DNA of 64,000 nucleotides, from NCBI RefSeq assembly GCF_963921235.1, contig NC_086107.1:108998001-109062000 (forward strand), in the 5' to 3' direction. The notes under the pieces were generated by a model. The model was given only the letters and a program-made list of their open reading frames with translations. It was not told the origin of the DNA and ran no database searches. Shown one piece after another: positions 61,635 through 64,000 of this stretch. Every line of letters starts with the position of its first letter. The stretch's first letter is position 1. Source of the DNA: Mobula hypostoma (taxonomy: Eukaryota). The translations under genes were made by a program, and so were the position numbers.

Positions 61635-61860
61635 TCCTGATCTTGAGCAGCAGGAAACATCGACTGTTTCTTCCCCTCCATAGAAATTCCTTGAGGATTT
61701 TAGCCCAAAATGTCAACTGTTTCTTCCCCTCCATAGAAATTCCTTGAGGGTCTCTGTCAGAAATGTCGACTGTTTATTCTTTGACTGACCTGCTGAGTTC
61801 CACCAGCATTTTTGTGTGTTCCTCAGGATTTCCAGCATCTCCTGAATATCTTGTGTTTAC
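61635..61860 (+). mobile_element. Penelope pLTR with three tandem 53-bp degenerate hammerhead-derived units
   Basis: actgttt recurs at 61663, 61716 and 61769, preceded by gaaacatcg, aaaatgtca and gaaatgtcg. pLTR tail follows. Confidence 0.65.
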
Positions 61861-62423
61861 TCCTGTGCCTGATGATTTCCGCCCAGGCAGTAATTAAAGG
61901 AGCATTAATGTAGCCTTCCCATTTGTGAATCATCTTGATATCTCCTATTTCTGGTAAACTGCCCCCTCTCTGTCCTTTTTCTCCCATAAACTGCTCTCTC
62001 TCTCTCTCTGTCCCTTTGCCTCCAGTTTTTCCAACACTCTCCCTCAACCCTATTAATATGTTTCCTTTTCCTCCTCTACCCTCTCCATTTGCCCATCGCC
62101 TACACACTCCACCCACTGGTTCTCTCTTCCTCCCACCTCCCTCACTTGAAGCCATGCTTCATCTCCCTCTCCTATCAGGTTCCTCCCTCTGTGACCCACT
62201 GCCTCCTCCACTACTCTGGATTTATACTCTTCCAGTATCTTGTCCATTGCCTTTCATTAACTCAGCCTGCCTCAGCGCAATTTTATACGTAATGGATTGT
62301 GTGCCCTTTTCTGTGTAGATACTGTCGAAACTATTGAGAACAAAAGCAGCTAATTATACTTGGACTTTATAAATCCCTGAGCGTCATGTGCAGACCGTTT
62401 AACAAACTACTCGCCCAAGGATT

Positions 62424-63950
62424 CTTTCTTTCTTTTTCAATCTTTTTATTAATTTCAAAATATAGAGACAAAACATAGCAATAATACAGATAGTAGGAGA
62501 TATATTGTTACACTGAAAAAAAGTAATTGTAAAGTCAAATAGTGTAAATTAACAAAGCTCCCTATCATGTAGAACTTGTATTTGGATTTTCAAAAGGCTT
62601 TTGACAAGGTCCCACACAGGAGATTAGTGTGCAAACTTAAAGCACACGGTATTGGGGGTAAGGTATTGGTGTGGGTGGAGAATTGGTTAGCAGACAGGAA
62701 GCAAAGAGTGGGAATAAACGGGACCTTTTCAGAATGGCAGGCGGTGACTAGTGGGGTACCGCAAGGCTCAGTGCTGGGACCCCAGTTGTTTACAATATAT
62801 ATTAATGACTTGGATGAGGGAATTAAATGCAGCATCTCCAAGTTTGCGGATGACACAAAGCTGGGTGGCAGTGTTAGCGGTGAGGAGGATGCTAGGAGGA
62901 TGCAGGGTGACTTGGATAGGTTGGGTGAGTGGGCAAACTCATGGCAGATGCAATTTAATGTGGATAAATGTGAAGTTATCCACTTTGGTGGCAAAAATAG
63001 GAAAACAGATTATTATCTGAATGGTGGCCGATTAGGAAAAGGGGAGGTGCAACGAGACCTGGGTGTCATTATACACCAGTCATTGAAAGTGGGCATGCAG
63101 GTACAGCAGGCGGTGAAAAAGGCGAATGGTATGCTGGCATTTATAGCGAGAGGATTCGAGTACAGGAGCAGGGAGGTACTGCTGCAGTTGTACAAGGCCT
63201 TGGTGAGACCACACCTGGAGTATTGTGTGCAGTTTTGGTCCCCTAATCTGAGGAAAGACATCTTTGCCATAGAGGGAGTACAAAGAAGGTTCACCAGATT
63301 GATTCCTGGGATGGCAGGTCTTTCATATGAAGAAAGACTGGATGAACTGGGCTTGTACTCGTTGGAATTTAGAAGATTGAGGGGGGATCTGATTGAAACG
63401 TATAAGATCCTAAAGGGATTGGACAGGCTAGATGCGGGAAGATTGTTCCCGATGTTGGGGAGGTCTAGAACGAGGGGTCACAGTTTGAGGATAGAGGGGA
63501 AGCCTTTTGGGACCGAGGTTAGGAAAAACTTCTTCACACAGAGAGTGGTGAATCTGTGGAATTCTCTGCCACAGCAAACTGTTGAGGCCAGTTCATTAGC
63601 TATGTTTAAAAGGAAGTTAGATATGGCCCTTGTGGCTACAGGGGTCAGGGGGTATGGAGGGAAGGCTGGGTTCTGAGTTGGATGATCAGCCATGATCATA
63701 ATAAATGGCGGTGCAGGCTCGAAGGGCCGAATGGCCTACTCCTGCACCTATTTTCTATGTTTCTATGTTTAACTAACAACGGATAATACAAAGCAAAAAA
63801 AACTGGAAAAAAAATCATGAAAAAGAAAAAAAACAAAACAAAAAAGAAACAAACCTCATCCCCAAAGAAAAACAAAATTAATCAACTAAACTAAAAGACT
63901 TGGGCAAAACTAACAACTTAAAAATGGAAAAGAAGAAAACCTCAGTGTCG
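62424..63950 (-). mobile_element. L1-like 3' end with a 15-bp TSD, interrupted by a CR1
   Basis: TSD actcgcccaaggatt at 62409-62423 and 63951-63965. Antisense A-rich tail and AATAAA at the left end. Confidence 0.75.
62576..63770 (+). mobile_element. Young CR1 LINE, 5'-truncated, with an uninterrupted 366-aa RT reading frame
   Basis: Encodes YLDFQKAFDKVPH, GVPQGSVLGPQLF, KFADDTKLGG and RPHLEYCVQFW. 3' tail tttctatgtttctatg. Confidence 0.96.
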
Positions 63951-64000
63951 ACTCGCCCAAGGATTTAAGATTCAACTTTGTTTATCACCTGTACATTGAA

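Noticed and set aside
62576..63676. Host gene or autonomous LINE
   Set aside because: A 5'-truncated CR1 ORF2 lacking the endonuclease, ORF1 and promoter.

Overview
Vertebrate genomic DNA that is very repeat-dense. The repeat set (CR1 LINEs, HE1/V-SINE-like SINEs, Rex1/Babar, RTE, Penelope, Tc1) suggests a cartilaginous fish, probably a ray; this is an inference. I found no intact host protein-coding gene, rRNA, true tRNA gene or CRISPR array, so the window looks intergenic or deep-intronic. All long ORFs come from retroelements or from two inverted 33-bp minisatellite arrays (41.5-43.8 kb and 49.3-51.6 kb). Highlights: (1) a 130-bp circularly permuted piece of the ZFTRAF1/CYHR1 coding sequence inside a TSD-flanked RTE LINE 3' end (39849-39978), which looks like a reintegrated DNA circle; (2) many Penelope-associated minimal hammerhead ribozyme motifs, including intact cores (57285-57320, 32255-32290), a both-strand palindromic cassette and tandem arrays; (3) a 693-bp solo LTR and a 64-bp miniature of the same LTR, each with its own 4-bp TSD; (4) composite Tc1-type MITEs and a ~650-bp non-autonomous retroelement family. 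Coordinates were read by eye, and the boundaries of degenerate repeats are approximate.
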